NCBI GenBank assembly: GCA_035084275.1
Contig: CM068756.1
Coordinates: 5,580,001 to 5,644,000, forward strand
From: Hydrolagus colliei
Taxonomy: Eukaryota
Reading direction: 5' to 3'
Length of the DNA stretch: 64,000 nt
A model generated the notes under the pieces. That model saw only the letters and a list, made by a program, of their open reading frames with translations, did not search any database and had not been told where the DNA came from. Below are positions 37,905 to 51,340 of this stretch, piece by piece. Numbering within the stretch: position 1 is the stretch's first letter; the number at the start of each line of letters is the position of its first letter. Made by a program: the position numbers and the translations under genes.

Positions 37905-39769
37905 ATATTGCTAATCATACCTGACCCTGTTACGCAAGTAAAATACTCAACAGTATCACCATTGAAAGCAAAATAGCATTTGTATTGTAGATCAAATATT
38001 TTACTGAAAATAATGCCTTCTATTTTTCAGGCCAAAGAAAGGGAGCTTTAGAAAATACAAAAGGATTTCCAGAGGCATCATTTAAATATGGTCTTTCTTT
38101 TATTGGTAGAGCCTAAAGAATTAAATAAATCCTTAAAGTCAATTTTATAAAAATGCAAATGTAGGCAACACAATTAGAAACAGTCAAAAAATTGCAGATA
38201 AAATTGGAAATCTGCAGAGCAGACTTACAGCACCACTGCCATATTACTGTATAATCTATCTGGATTCTGTCACTGCTAGTCAGTCTTGATTTTGATAAAT
38301 AGCCCTAAATCTGCCTCTCTGTAGTTCCTACAAGTTGCCGTAAATTTCCATCATGTTGGAGCTGTTGTACAATGATTTGAATAATTTGGAGTTAATCATT
38401 TTTACTTCAAGCATCCGATAGTCCTTAGACTTGGGGGAGTGGATTTGGGTTTCTAATCGTCCTGTGTATCGCACGGCTGGAGATAAATGGCACTGACTCC
38501 AGAAATCTACATCCACATTCCCAATGCAAAACTATAATTAATTTTATGTAGTGTTTTGAAATTGATCTTGATCAGGTTTATTTTTAAATTTTTAATCCAT
38601 TTAAAAGTTTTATCACGAAGCATATTCTTGGTACGTGAGGATTTACTTGTCGTTTGTGCTGGTGCTTTATTCTTGTTCATTTAAGAAGGTGAAACAGAGG
38701 TCATGCAGCACAGCTAAATGCTGGACTGTGTCCTTTGCATGTTTTTAAGCTGATTGTGGCCAGAATAAACTTCGTCAAAAAAAAACTTAGAAAATACTGT
38801 CAGAGTTACAGCTTTGACTTGTTATTTCTGTCTGAAAGACCTCATCCATAAGAAGTGCTCATGATGAAACTATTACATGCAATTTACATCATGGTTACTC
38901 TAATGAATTGTAATCTGATATTTTGTTTTGGAAAGGAAAAAGAAAAGAAAACGTTTGGGCTGCTGCATACATATCCGTATTGCACTTCCTATTGTTGAAC
39001 AAATAAGAATTGAATCCTATATTCCCACAGCTCATGTGAAATTGGTGTGCAATGTGCAAAGCTGTAGTATTTTTGGCTTACTTAGGTGTAAAAACAATCT
39101 GTCGCTGAAAGCTTGAACAATATTAATGAATTTGATTATTTAGTCAAATAGATCAGGCATTGCAATTTTATGTTTTTAATCATAACTGTAAACCCTGTAG
39201 CCTCAGGGTAGTTTTTTAATTTGTATAGCTTTTTATGAAAATAAGAATAATTGCTTTGCTGGGTTTTAAGAACTAATATTAACAGATCGCTGGCTAGTTT
39301 TCTGCTGCTTACATTTCTGACCTCTCGATGGATTTTTTTTTGTCTTTTTAAGATTATGGACAGGGACGTTGGGCAGTCTGGTAATAAATATTTCAGTTTG
39401 CTTATGAAGGCTAATGCTGTCATCTGAATATGGAATCATCTTCCTTTCATGCTTCATTATCATTTCATGGAAGTAATGACACTGATGTGAAAGAATATTT
39501 ACAGGGTTTTCAGAAGCCATTTATCCAAATACAGTTCTCTGCAGGGGCACCTTGGTTTAAAGAACGTGCCTAATGGTGGTATATTTTAGATATTGTCTGT
39601 GAAACAGAAAATCAATGTTGATATAAATCTGACTGGCAAGGTTAAAGATGTACCTTAATCATTAATATCTGGGTAGAAATCTGGTTAGTCTTGTAATCCT
39701 TACTGGTTTCAGTTTATTCTAACAGTATTTGATAAGAGGTTCTGCCTTCAATCACAGTTTTTAGCTTCC

Positions 39770-40490
39770 TCTCCGAGACAGTGGAGTGAAAAAGAGCATT
39801 GGCAATCATATTACATTTGTTGTACTCGTTATGCTTTGATAAACAAATGTACTTAATATCTCCCGGAGCTCTGCAGAGCACATTCGTTTGATTCACACAG
39901 GCGACTCTCGGAATGATCAGATTCTTCATTGTTTCACTCTGACCGCCATCTTGTTACCATCAGTAGGTGCAGAGGTTACATTTTCCAGTGTAACGCCATC
40001 ATGTTTGAACATCCTTTTTTTATTTTAGAAAATGGATTATCACGGTTTTAAGCGACAGGATGAGAAGAAAAAAAACACATCGTTTTAAGTAATGAATGCA
40101 GAACGATGCAGGTTTATTTCATTTCAGTTTCTTCTAGGATCAAAATGTGTTGCGCCTTGCGGCCAGATTCAGCAATACCGATAATGTTACCACACTTGTA
40201 GGATATTCGTCAGTCAACTTCATGTTCAGTCAAATAGACAGATTTTAATTAATACATACTCAAGATTAACCATGTAACAGCGTAGAGAACACAGAAACAC
40301 TGACACGGAGGATAGTTAGTGCAACTCAATTCAGGGGTGAAAATTTCACTGCAGATTATCACATCATATCTGTTCTGAAATATCGCATGTTTCAACCCTA
40401 TGTGTTTGTTATAGCTCAGGTAAGGTTCTCAAAGTCGGCATCCTAGAATCAAAATCTGCTAAATCTTTTTTTATTTGGAATCGGATAGTG
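39770..40490. promoter_or_regulatory. CpG-retaining promoter/enhancer candidate with YY1 motif CCGCCATCTTG (39943-39953)
   Basis: About 20 CpGs counted by eye in ~720 bp versus ~7 in a comparable stretch at 42.7-43.4 kb; YY1 consensus plus a second CGCCATCAT at 39994; no recognised repeat here. Confidence 0.5.
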
Positions 40491-40544
40491 CTCCAAGTGG
40501 ACTCACACCATCTGTCAAATCCAAAAAGTATGAACAATATTCTA

Positions 40545-40640
40545 TACACTTGATATTGTGTATTTACCATAGAAATGATGTTTCAAAGGGCTTCACAGGA
40601 TATACTGTAAAGTGTAGTATAAAGTGTAATGACTGTGCAT
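40545..40640 (-). mobile_element. Diverged SINE 3' tail
   Basis: caaagggcttcacaggatatactgtaaagtg matches the family tail. Confidence 0.75.
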
Positions 40641-42552
40641 TCCTAGCCTAATTAAAAGAGATTATTAATATTAAACTCGTATGAATGAGTCGACTGACAC
40701 TAAATTAGATTTTTAAAAACTAGTTTATTTTTATTTCAAGAATCCATTATTGCACATTTCGTGCTTTAATAATGTGAATTTGCTGAATTGAAAAGTCTGT
40801 AGGCATTGAAATGTACGGCTTGATGCACTGATTTGAAATATAAAAATTCAGGACTGTAAAAAAAGTGCAGTTATTATTTTTACTGGGATAGAATAAATCT
40901 CTCCACAAGAAATCACAAAAAAAATTGCATAAGCTGCAGATGCCAGGAAGCTTTGAAAACTTTTGTTCAAAATAAAAGGTTATCACCTTCACACTACATT
41001 CAGTCTGTTATTCAGCAATGAGTTGGGAACACACTGTTTGATTAAAGTGCAGAATGCATTGAGTAGCTACTAAGAATCTGACAGGCAGCATACCTTCATT
41101 AGACAATAAAAATGGAGTGTAGCTGCTAGATCGGACAGCAGATGGTGGTGATGCAGTGCTTCCAACTTAAGTAAGCCAATAGAACCACGCTTCAGAACTT
41201 GACCCATTCTCACTTTCTCAATCTACAATTTAACCCTCTGTGTTTGGTCCTTCATGCTCAAGGTTTGTTAACTGCACTGTCCACCATCTTTTACTGCTTG
41301 GCAATTGATCCTGCGCTGTGTACAGAAGGAAAATGACTCACTGCAGTAATTACATTTTGTAATGATGATGTCTTCTACGCTCAGATTGACCCATCTTTCC
41401 CTCTGATCAAATAACTTAAGCAATGAAACCTAAAAAGGGAAGAGGATAGCAAAATGTGTTTAGGAATAATTCAGAGTGAATGTAACCCATTAATTCGCTG
41501 TGTAGTTAAGGTAAAATTCCTATTTCCTTTGTGTTCTCTTGGGCTTGTATCTATCTATATTAATTGCTGCAAATTGTGTCCAGAATCCATTCGTTTAGAG
41601 TGAGATATAATTTAGATCTAGTATTATATCGCAAGGTGTAAGGAATTGATCATGACAGATTCATCTGGTGATGTCATCAACATGTGACACACCAATTATC
41701 ATCAATTTAAAACATTTGAATTTAACTATTCATGAGCGACTTTAAATAAGATCTGGCTCATCTGGTGCGACTACATTAAGTGAGCACTTTCACTAGCATG
41801 AAAAGGACTATGATTCCACGAGTGTGTTACAGTCTTGCCAATGAATCAAAGAACGTCAATAACACAATGTCAAAGGTGCAATATTAAGTTTAAGTATGGG
41901 TTGATTGTCTTAGCTTTCAAATGCATTCCAAAAAAGAAATCTCGGACATTGGATTGCCGCATAAGACTTTGATGCCGTGAATTATCAGGTTTGCCAATAA
42001 TAAAGTAGAGATTGGCATCTATAGATTAAAACTATCAGATCATCAGGGGTGCGTTACAAAGGTACATGTTGTTCCAAATTGATTTTTTACTGTAATATGT
42101 ATGTAAGTAGTGTAGCCGCCGATACACATATAAGCACAGTAGGCTGTGCTTATCTATAATGGATCTCTGATCATCCAATGTTTTTTAATAGTATGTATAA
42201 AACAGTTTGTATTTTTATGTTGTGGCAATTTATTTTTACAATTTTGCACTCAATCTCAATATAAAGCACCAATTACCGGTAATTATATCCAATGCCAGGG
42301 AGAGATCACGGCTTCTTCTGTAGTGTCTCAACCAACTCGTTTTGAGCAATGCCGAGTTCTGATAGCTTCTCAATTTGGATTATCACGTTACCAATACCAA
42401 ATTCTAATCAATCTTGCATCATGGACCCACAACCACTGGGATTTAGGTTAAGAGTATCTGAACCCTGCAACAAACAAAGTTTCTTCATCCAGAAACAGAA
42501 TTCAAACTTTAGTCCCAAGAACAGTGTGCATATCCAATGTTCTACCCATGGT

Positions 42553-42660
42553 AGTAATAATAATCCTTGCATTTGATATTCGCGCCCTTCACATTGGGAT
42601 GAGCCACTCTCATGGCACTGCACAGAGTTTATTATAAGGTGCAGTGACTGCGTATTTTGT
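42553..42660 (-). mobile_element. SINE 3' tail
   Basis: taataataatccttgcatttgatattcgcgcccttcac. Confidence 0.8.
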
Positions 42661-43594
42661 ACACTAACCTCTTACTTGCTTTTCAGTTTTTTAAAAAAAA
42701 TTATTGGATAAGATTCATACAAGGATAAAATGTGGAAAAAAATAGAACAATGATGTGTGATTAATAACAGTGTATATATACATGAGAACATGTGTAAAAT
42801 ACAATCCTGCTTTTTCCTAACAATTCATTAGTATGATTTAATATAGTCTTAAGAAGATGGAAAGCATTTAATAAAAACATAAGCAGATTTTAGTTTATTT
42901 TTTAATAGTATGGAAATCTTGGAATGTATTAATGTGTTAAGAGTGCGAAAGAGATCATATTCAACAACTTTATATCAATATTACAGTAACAATTAACAAA
43001 TATCTGACAGTTTTTTTCGTTGATATTTTGATAAACACACTTGAGTTTCAAATAAGTTTTTAAAAATAAAAGTGAAAGTCATTTCTCATTAAGAGTAAGT
43101 AACCTACATTGACATTTCTCACACTGGGGATACTTAAATTTAATCTAATTGGGACGAGTGATGCAATGTCAACTTTAATGTCAACATTAGTGAGGTATTT
43201 TTTAAAAATTTGAGCTGAGTACTCCTACCCATTACAATGCGTGAATTTATTCCATGTTGGACAATTGCAAATGGTGGAGGTGACAGACTTTCATCCTCAC
43301 GTTCTAAGCTTGATTTTGCCTGAGTGCCCCGGAAGTGTGCTAATCCACGATACCAACCATTGAACCTTATTTGAGTCAAATTTAGAGAGGCCATATTTAT
43401 TTGCAGATTGTGCACACTCCAGACTACATGGCATTAGATTTCCCTGCAAACCAACACATCCAAACCAATAGCTTCAACAACAGAAGCATGCAAGTGCAGA
43501 GTTAATCGGTGATCTCTGTACTGGTTGAGAGGACACGAAGTAATGCGTGGGGACTTCAGTTCAGAAAAAATAAAGCAGTGTCTGCAAAAGAGAC

Positions 43595-43688
43595 AAAGGC
43601 AGGTAATTGGAGTTGAGGTACAGATCAGCCATGATCTAATAGAATGGCAGAACAGGCTTGAGGCACTGAATGGCCTACTCTTATTTCT
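43595..43688 (+). mobile_element. Chondrichthyan-type CR1 LINE 3' UTR
   Basis: ggagttgaggtacagatcagccatgatctaatagaatggcagaacaggcttgaggcactgaatggcctactc matches the recalled shark CR1 tail. Confidence 0.85.
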
Positions 43689-44359
43689 AAAGATCGTTTG
43701 AAAATATTTCAAGTATTTTGTGGAATAGTTCATTACTAATTGTATTTAGTCAGCTAGCTTTAAGTGTTTATTAGTGGACATAGTGGTTTCTGGAACAAAA
43801 TATAAGAGTCACAAAGGTTTCATGTAAAGAAACCACCATTGATTTATGTGCTAAGTGTTTAGGACCATTTTAAGGAGAGGATGAGAGGATTTTAATACTT
43901 TGTCTTTAGTGCGACAAACAACTCCAGTAATCTACCCTTTAAATCCATTTTTGTACTCCACAATGGTTGCCAAACTGTCAAACATGAAATAATCTCCATT
44001 GACTTGTTGAAAAATACTCCAGGCTTCTAAAAATGTTGATGTATTTTTTTTTAACTGATAATATTGCTAGGTAATTTTTACAGGCCCATAAATGAAGATG
44101 ACAGCTTACTTTTGCAGTACAATAGTACTGTCATAAAGCTGTCTACGAATTTAATTAAAATATTTTGAACTATATGAGACGGCTGACTGACAACAGTGTG
44201 CAAATTTTATTTCTAGATAGTTTTAAAACTCAGGCAGTGAATACAGAACCATCAAAAATAATTCTCTCCCTAAATTTATTTCTATCTATCTTTAAACGAA
44301 ATGAAAGTACCTTACAGTATTTTTCCCCATTCATGCACTATAGAATTGCTAAGAGATAA

Positions 44360-44975
44360 TGGTTCCAGTTGTAATACATAGCCACGAGGTCTGGTGCTTA
44401 TTTGCAGCTCAGTTCTCAGACACCATTAGTGCTATGCTTGTGTTGTGCCAGATTTTAATGCGCTCTCTCTCACTGACATGTGATTGTTGTGCAAGCCACA
44501 TTTGTCAGCTCATGAATGCACTAATTGGGGAGCAGATCAGTGAAAATTGTGCTTTGTCATTATTAAGATCATGTTTCATTTTGTATTAATGAGCTGCAAT
44601 CCCTATATAATGCATATATTTCATTAGATCACAGGTGATACAATGGCAGGTCCATGACTGGTGAAGAGAGGGTTGTAAAACTGCTGGTACATGAGGTCAG
44701 TGTTAATTTTGAATGCTTGATTCATGTTACAGTTGTTACCTCCATGTGCCTTTTAAACAAAAAATATATTTTAATATAATGGGTTTTTACAGGTGACAAT
44801 GACAAAAAGCTGGAACCATGCTTGATAGCACCATTAGTGCTTCCTAAGCCTTCTAATGAACTTCAGGTTCATAATATAATCGAGCAGATCTTTGTTATGA
44901 GCTTGAGGCAACAGAATTGTTTGGGTTGTGGGGAAAGGAGGTGGCTTCGGATACGCTGATTTGTTGCATGACTAT
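44360..44975 (+). mobile_element. Eroded PIF/Harbinger transposase relic
   Basis: From cag|GT at 44793: GDNDKKLEPCLIAPLVLPKPSNE..HNIIEQIF..CL, then GGG and LICCM in shifted frames (cf. GDxGYPLxxWLMTP..R..IE..F..CL..GG..CCxLHN); weaker upstream similarity (CASHICQLMNAL). Confidence 0.55.
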
Positions 44976-46065
44976 CTTAGAAAAAGAAAGCGCGAGGTTG
45001 ACAAATCGCTGCAAATCTGCAGTTGCCAAGAACGCAACAAATTTGGTTTGCAAATCAGATGCCAATGATAAATCTGTTAGTGGCGAACAATAAGTGGCAT
45101 AGCACAGAGGAAGGCAACTCAGGGGAGGGTTATGAGCTTGCTCCAATTGTGTCCTTGTATCCATGGTGTCCTTGTACCTAATTACTTTCCTGTAAGTTCA
45201 CCTTGTGGAGCATGGTGTACATTTGTGGTTCAGAACAAAAGATGAAATGAAAGATATGTACAGTATCCTAAGGTAACTGGCCTATGGTGGATCTTGCCAC
45301 ATGCCTTTTTTTTTGTCTCCCCGCTCTTTTCGAAAATGTCTCTTTTATTTCACAGAGTGATTGTTTGCATCTAGTGTGAGCTATGTGGTTTCATCATGGG
45401 ACCAACTCTTTCGCTTCACCAAGGGGGGAAAAGTTCCTTTTCGATAGTATTAATGAGATGTTAATAAAATCATATGAGTGCCCAGCAATGAAAGTGACAC
45501 ACAGACTAATGGTGCTTTGAAAATACACAAGTTATTCTTAAAAATAAACATAAGTCACTTGTTCCATTCATAAATGGTGTTTCAAACAGTTCCCCCCATG
45601 GTTACCACTTTGCTGCCAATCGGTTATTCCAGGTAGAATTTCAAAATACTGGGCAGAAAATAAGGATTTGTGTCGTTGACTGGAAGTTAAATAACCTCAG
45701 CAAAACCTTTTTAAAAACTGACTTCTCTCATCAAGCAGGTCTCCAAGTGCAATGATTCCCATAGCTTTTCACCTCTAAAGTAGAAAGTGCATCATCAATC
45801 TTGGTGTGACAGCTTGACTTATTCAACAATTTCTGTGTGTACATCTGGCATCCTCCAGCATGATAGGAAATGCCCCTATATGTGCAGGGTCCTCAATGTA
45901 TGGTAGCATGTCACTTTATAATGTATATGTGACATACTGCACGGCTACGTTATCAACTCCTGACCAAAACAGAAGGTGTCACTATTGGGATCACAGACAT
46001 TCTCTCCAGAAGTAGATTGTGCTGACAGGAGTTCTTTGTGCCAGCGTGACATTCCTGGTCACCAG

Positions 46066-46181
46066 CATGAGGCACTATTTGTATCTTAAAGGCATGGTTT
46101 AACCTCCCTGTTACCAAATACCAAAAATTTAGATCCCCAATAACACGAGGAGATATACTCTTGGACTCTTGTTTGTCAACA
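46066..46181 (+). mobile_element. Eroded non-LTR (Rex1/Babar-like) endonuclease-domain relic; may extend ~45.7-46.9 kb
   Basis: With one frameshift reads LTSLLP(K)YQKFRSPITRGDILLDSCLST, cf. recalled Rex1-type LKSVLPKYHQHVxCPTRGxNxLDHCYT. Confidence 0.45.
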
Positions 46182-47320
46182 TGAATGCTGATTCTGTTAA
46201 TAATTGAATTACAAATCAGTTTCTGGACATTGGCACAAAGACAGTATTGGGTATATAGTTCTGTTGTAGATCTGTAATTCGTCTGATGCATTGCACCATC
46301 CCGAGTGAAGTGAACGATGTAATTTGATCTGCCAGCTTCTTCATATTTATGACCATTATCTCTTTTACATCTTGGACAATACCCAAATCGTGGAATCCTG
46401 GCTCGCTCCACATAAAAGGTACTTCTCTAACTAGAGCCCCATATGACTTTTATTTAATGGTGTAATCTTTGACCTTACCCAGTTTATCTTGTATCTTGAA
46501 AGTCTGGAATAAAAGTTAACCATGCCCAGAAGCTGCAGAAAAGATGTGTATCAAACGTTCACATAGCCTAACACTTTATCTGATCAGTCAAGAATATTAT
46601 TCAAGAAATTTATGGAGGAAACCACTTTTCAGTATCACTTTCAGGAAAAGTGTAATGCAGTCAAACTACCGTTCAGAATTGCATAAAATAACTGAATTTA
46701 ATCACAGACGTTAAACTAATGCAATCCTTCTCTGTCACCTGCTGTAGTCTGGGTGTCATCCTTTTCAGTTGCATAGAAAGAGTCCTGTAAACAGCTTTAA
46801 CTCTACCAAGACTAGAAACACATGGAACCAAACTGCTCATGTTGACAGCCTGGCTGGGTACATCAGGCTACATTCGTAGAATTTTGTGTTCAGGATCATT
46901 CAACATCATCTACGAGTTGTCTTTTGTGATTTAGCTTAACTAAGTAATCAGATTCTAAACAAATTATTGTTTCTTCTTGTTGCAACCTGCTCTAAGCAGG
47001 CATTGCATTTTTGAGAAAGTTTTGACTTCCGTACAAACGTACATTGAAATACTCAGAAGTGATTGGAACAATTGGGATGGAAAATCAGTAGTGCCCTAAT
47101 TTTCAGCTCTGTCAGTTATCTTTGATATTCCTAATTTCTTCAATTGTTTTTTTTGTTTCTAGATCATCCAGATTGACCTACCCTTTCCATGCATCTTTCC
47201 TGCTAGATAGAGGAACTGAATGTCCTCCAAGAGCATTCGTTATGGTCCTCCTCGTTCTACACAGATTCAGTTCATCTTCATTTGAATAGAGTTTTGCAGT
47301 CAGCATTTACTCTTAGGTTC

Positions 47321-47384
47321 CAACAACAACATCAAAATTAAATTTGTTTGGTAACTTTCACTTCAGGAGGATGCCCCAAGGTGC
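47321..47384 (-). mobile_element. L2-clade 3' tail stub
   Basis: caacaacaacatcaaaatta...tttcacttcaggaggatgccccaaggtgc. Confidence 0.65.
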
Positions 47385-49394
47385 AGGATAGTATCCATTC
47401 AGCTTATGATTTGGTTACAGAATGTTTGGCCTGTGTCAGGGTGAAATTAATTTCAAACTTTGGAACCCAGCAATAAAATCACATGCAGCTGTTTTGCAGA
47501 CTTTGTTCGGATCATATTACATGGTTTTAAAGCTAGTTAGATGTTGATGGATTGTGGGGTGCGTTGCAGCCATCTTTGCTCCATGTGCCCTTTACTCTCT
47601 TTTGAACTGAAAGGTTAATTAATCTTATAAACAATTTCTTGGCAAGTCTTCTTCCCCAAAAGAAGTGGGCCAGGGTGCTGTTATGGGAAAGATTTTGTTC
47701 ATGCATTTCATGATAGTCTAGTCAATTGATCTCTGGACATGCCCCTGCTCATGTATAGCAGATATGTCTATAACTACACAGTTTACAGTTTAAAACTGGG
47801 ATTGATAATGTTCTGTAGATCATGCTGTTGACAGAAAGTCTAAAATATAACTTTCAGCAACTAAATATCTTGTTGTTAACAAGCATAAAACATTGGCTCA
47901 AATAAACAACTGAAATTTTATGCAGTGCAGAACCAGCAAATATGGAAAATGAATTCTGTGATTAAATATGTCTAAAAGTTTTAGTAAAAAAAAATTCAAT
48001 CCAGGATCCTAATTCCAAATACAGTACTTGTCTAGACATGCATATATTTTTTGTGGACAATTAGTTTTTCATTTCATTTTCACAGATTCTCTCTTGCAAT
48101 CATTTCAGAAGTAAAAGGATACTAGATCATGACTACTCTAACATTGTGCCTTAGGTAATAAAAGGTTTGAAGCTGCACAGATGGTGGGAGAACAAAGCCA
48201 ACTGGGTCAGGAGCATTAGAGATGGAAGGGAATCTAAAGTAGCGAATGCAAAAACATTAAAAGTGACAGAAGACCTTTTTTCATTCAGATAGTAGTCCAT
48301 CTTCATGCTGAGAGAACCTCTACCCTTTTGTGGATGCACCATCTGGTATCACATACTGGAAGATCAATAAAAGGCATAGCAACCTGGAAAATTATCAGCA
48401 GTGTCTTCAAAGTTGCAGATATTTTATTATAAAACAACACACCTGAAACTCAAGTAAAATGCCATTTCCTTTTAGCTGGTAGTCCATCTTCACTTGTTGG
48501 ACAGGTATCATCTGTTTCCTAACCACACAGCACATTGGAAGATAATAATTTATCTAAGGTACTGAAGTTGCATAAGATACAATGTTACAACAACCTGCAC
48601 GTAAGCAACACCTTTTACATGGAATGAACATCCGCAAAATGCTTATTTTAGACACCAGATTGAAGGATGTGGGAATCAAGCCATCTGGAATGCAATTGGC
48701 TTTTGAATGTTACGGAGTTAATGACAATTCGCTGTTCATTTTTGGCATGTATTAGGTTGTTACAGTTAATAGTAACATTAAGGTTTGAGTCTTTACAGGC
48801 AAGACCTTGAAAGGGAAAGGAAATGTCAGCATACAAATATCCCGTGCTTATAGAGTTACATTTATTAAGGTTTGAGTGTCCAATTTTGGGATGAAGACGT
48901 GATCAAATGCCATAAGGAGGAGATCTGGATCTATTTCCATATGATTACTGGAAAGCCATGGTTCAGTCTGGTTCGCATCCACTGACGTAACTAGGGTCGC
49001 TTTTCTCTTTTGGAAGAGGTTTGAGGCATGAGGCACATATCTTTTAGTTCCGTGATAATGCTTTGAGAGTTAACAAACTGGTGAGTATCCGGTGTTGAGG
49101 AGGACACCTGAAAATATTTTGGATTTGTTGTGCAGTGAGTGCAAGAAGGCTTGCAATTCATTATTCATGGGTAATGGAAAGTTACTGAGATTTTAAGTTT
49201 AATGCCATGGTATTCTCTGGCTGATAACTTAGAATTACGAAATGAGAATCTTAATAAGGGTCTAGTCCATCTCAGATTAAATCTTGACTTGCAAGTCTAT
49301 GTCTGTTTTCTATGAAACGTGCTGAAACTAAAATGAATTCTGTTCTTCATGCAACTTTTTCTTAGCTATAGTTTTGAAGGACCGGAGTTGTTAC

Positions 49395-49578
49395 TAATAA
49401 TAATAATCATCCTTGTATTTGATATAGCGCTTTTCATGTCTTCTAGATGTCTTCAATCGCAGCACAGAATATATTGTAAAGTGAGTTGACTGTACATACA
49501 TGGGAGTAACGTGGCAGCCAAATGCAGACAGCAGTGTCCCACAAACAGTTGGGGGATTGAAATGACCAATTTATTATT
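49395..49578 (-). mobile_element. 3' two-thirds of Deu-type SINE
   Basis: Family tail and cagcagtgtcccacaaacag core. Confidence 0.9.
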
Positions 49579-51094
49579 TATGTTCTATATTTGCATACAT
49601 TTTAACTGGGAGCATTAACTCTCTTTTACCTGAATTAATTGATTAATTTGAGGACTAGGGTGTAAGATTTCTGTAAGGAATAAGGATTTTTTTTTAATAA
49701 GGAATGTGTGTCACACATCAACATGTGGTAACTTTGCTCCTATGTAATCTACTTCCGAGGCTGAGTTCCAGAATAATAGAATGAATTAAACTGAAAGAAT
49801 TCCTTTAGAAATTACCTTGTTTTACACCCCTTTTGTCGCTATCACCTGCATTGAAATTCCATGCATTCAGCTTTATTTCTGAGTTTAGATTTATGTTGAT
49901 AGGGAAAGCTATCGTGTATTTTTTGCAGTTTGTTGCATTTAATATAGATAAATTGAATGAAGGAGCCATATTTCTATATAGATGAGGCAATGTGTTTTCT
50001 TGGTATATTTAACCAAGTGGAACTCTCCACTAGAGTTTTTAAAGATAAGTTGTCATGCAACACACTGAATTTCAATAGCTTTCACTATGGACCTTTCGGC
50101 CAGATGGAGTGCTTATTGTTTTAATCGCATAACCTAAAGGGGACCTAATTAGTTGGTTTTAGGCAGACCCACTTTCAGCAATAATCAAAGTCTTCTCTGG
50201 AAATTCAATATTGGGAATTCATTTTTATTCCATACAACAACACGTAACCCAGATTCACAGAGACAACAAACATACAAGATAGAATATGTTAGGCTAGCAC
50301 TTGTACAGGCAATTGTGTAACTATAGTTCCATCTACCCACAGAACAATCTAATATCTCTCTCTCAAATATATCATATCACTTGTAAGATTCTACCCCCAC
50401 CCACACCCCACTCCCCCCCAAAACACAATGGAATTTGTGCAATTTACATACAAAGCTCTTTATCATCACTATAATTGTTTCTTGAACTGATCAGAGAATG
50501 AATTACTGTATTTGGAGTGGTGGAGCACTTTTACTTCTTGTCATCACCTTAATGTGTCCCACTTTTTATTCACACACATAGAATTTCCTCCAGCAGACGC
50601 TACAGCTTTTCCCGCAAACCTGCTAAAATACTTTATTGCTCCCCCTATTTCAAAACAACAAAATTACTGTGTAGTGCATTTATCAAATATTTCCAACATT
50701 TTTAAGAGGCCCCAGTTATGGTCATTTTTTGCATTGCCTTTAAAAATTGATTCATTGGATGTTTATCACAACCTGAGATTGTTTAACCAATACTATTTGA
50801 ACTTCTTCAACACAGCAACAATTTATATTCTGAAGATTTACCACAGTACAGGTACAGACATTACACTGTATATAGATGTGTGGCTGCATTGAATTTGGAT
50901 AGTCACATACTATTTTCTGATTTGTACTAATTGTATGTATAGCATGTGAATGAGTGAAACTTGCTCTTAGATTTTCAGGACAATAGCAGTAAGCCATTGA
51001 GTCCATTGAATCTTTTGGATCTGTATCTCACTGAGGATTTAATCTTGGAACATTGACCATATTAAACTATTTCTTATGTTGTGTCTTAGAGGAT

Positions 51095-51340
51095 GTCAGT
51101 CTGGTTCAGTTAGTAGCATTCTCATCTCTGAGTCAGAAGATTGTGGATTCAAGCCCCACATTGGGACTTTGAACTCATGTATTCTAGGCTAACTAGGCAA
51201 GATTAATTTAAATAAATTTGCTGTCTAGTTTGCCCATAAAATACACAGTCAGTGTACTTTACAGTAAATCCAGTGAGGTACTTTGACATGCCCTCCTGAC
51301 GTGAACAATGCTGTAACAAAATCAAGAATTATTATTATTT
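51095..51340 (+). mobile_element. Older SacSINE1-like DeuSINE with internal deletion
   Basis: ggttcagttagtagcattctcatctctgagtcagaagattgtggattcaagccccac head, ctaggct, then L2-type tail cctgacgtgaacaatgct...aagaattattatt. Confidence 0.75.

Noticed and set aside
44905-44985. RIVWVVGKGGGFGY resembling a CRESS-virus Rep Walker A motif
   Set aside because: Lacks the GK[ST] lysine and other Rep motifs; better explained as the GG segment of the Harbinger relic.
46216-46500. Minus-strand YGALVREVPFMWSEPG as a possible endogenous viral envelope fragment
   Set aside because: No further env features (furin site, fusion peptide, TM), LTRs or pol nearby; the + strand LINE motif is more convincing.
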